From the NCBI GenBank assembly GCA_000320545.1, contig ADNK01002557.1:1-53300 (forward strand): 53,300 nucleotides of DNA, read 5' to 3'. The notes below the pieces were generated by a model. That model did no database searches and was not told where the DNA came from. It was given only the letters and a program-made list of their open reading frames with translations. Position 1 is the stretch's first letter. Every line of letters starts with the position of its first letter. The stretch comes from Bigelowiella natans CCMP2755. Its lineage: Eukaryota > Protista > Cercozoa. The position numbers were made by a program, and so were the translations under genes. Positions 52,340 to 53,300 of the stretch are shown here, one piece after another.

Positions 52340-53160
52340 GAGGTCATTTGTTTACTTCTTGACTACACGTTGTACATGGTACATGTGCATAAGCAATGCA
52401 CGTGTCGTGTAGCAAATGGTAGACATCACAGAGAGACGGATCTTGTTGATGTTGTTCGTGTTCGATTCCAGCCATTTGGATGGCTCCAGTGCTCTAGGCC
52501 CGCGCTGGACGCGCGCAACGCATCGAGGCAACCTGCCACGCCGCTTCTCATTTGAAATCGCAGTGATTGTTTCCATTCAATTTTGAGAAATGCAGCTGTT
52601 CCATGCCAGTCGTGGCGGCGGCTTGGCATTGGCTTGATGGCCACACGCACTCGCTCGATCACACGCATGCTCCAGTGCTGTGCATGGTGTCATGCGTCCA
52701 TCGTGAGTGTCCTCGAGTTTCTCCGTGGTGAGATTCCACCAAAGGATCTCTTGGTGGTGCATGCTCAAGCACATCACTCCATTCATCGTGTCATTTCAAG
52801 TTTGCACGCAGCAAGACTTGTTGCGCGTAAGGTGTTCACAGGCCGAGGCGCTACGTGCACAAGTAGGCAGGGGGGGGGAAAGGCACGTTTGCTTCCTTTT
52901 GAAGAGTTGTGTTTATTTTTATTAAAGATTATATTTTTATTAAATCGTGCACTGCGTAATCATTCGCGAAGCTTTCGCGAATGCCGCCGCACGTGGGGCA
53001 GCACACTTCCGGTGTGCTGCCATGAGTCCCGCCGGAACCCACGTGCCTATGCTGTATTAATATCTACGTTATCTATATTCTATATCCGCGACAACCCCTT
53101 TGTTGTCGCACGTGACTTGTGCCCGCGTAGTGGTACGCGCTACACCTCCCCCAAGTCACG
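52340..53160. other. RY/palindrome-rich intergenic block 8 (after the 2H gene)
   Basis: TACATGTGCATAAGCAATGCACGTG, GACGCGCGCAACGCATCG, TCGCGAAGCTTTCGCGA. Confidence 0.65.
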
Positions 53161-53190
53161 TTGCTCCTTCCTTCCTTCCTTATTCCCTTA

Positions 53191-53300
53191 GACCTTCATC
53201 GCTTTCGGAACTTCACCAACCACCAGGTAATAGATTCCTCTCTAACCTTATCTCCTTTGTCGCTTACCCAGAACTCACCTTCGTCCTTAGGTTCGTGTCC
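53191..53300 (-). CDS. Possible 3' end of a gene running off the window
   Basis: The minus strand reads GGACACGAACCTAAGGACGAAG|GTGAGT, a strong donor, followed by a short candidate last exon. It is too short to identify. Confidence 0.3.

Noticed and set aside
52583-53191. 202-aa ORF and similar C/A/H/M-rich ORFs (4879-5503, 17665-18082, 25593-25934, 46403-46848)
   Set aside because: They lie inside RY blocks, their composition mirrors the TGCA/GCGC/CATG bias, and they have no recognisable domains.

Overview
This is intron-rich nuclear DNA from a eukaryote, probably a protist or alga; the taxon cannot be fixed from the sequence. About 12 spliced genes can be rebuilt by hand across GT-AG introns. 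In order they are: an FxFG nucleoporin (Nup1/Nup153-like), an AMSH/STAMBP JAMM deubiquitinase, a PPR-like protein, a small CREST-type membrane protein, a hypothetical protein, ASF1, a tiny Sushi/CCP-like protein, a GH81 beta-1,3-glucanase of about 30 exons, an RGS-plus-TM (Rax1-like) protein, a 2OG-Fe(II) oxygenase, an EF-hand protein, a DEK-C/HIRIP3-like protein, and a 2H-phosphoesterase/RanBP2-zinc-finger protein. Most ORF-track entries are microsatellite artefacts. The strongest unexplained patterns are: (1) a 0.5-1.1 kb block rich in palindromic tetramers and alternating purine-pyrimidine sequence follows gene 3' ends in all 8 such intergenic regions and is absent from all 5 divergent promoter regions; (2) the 2H/zinc-finger gene has four HxT/S motifs, an unusually long exon and one in-frame TAG; (3) local tandem duplications and microsatellites sit directly on splice sites. 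Exon boundaries were read by eye, family names come from motif recall, and no database search or composition count was run.
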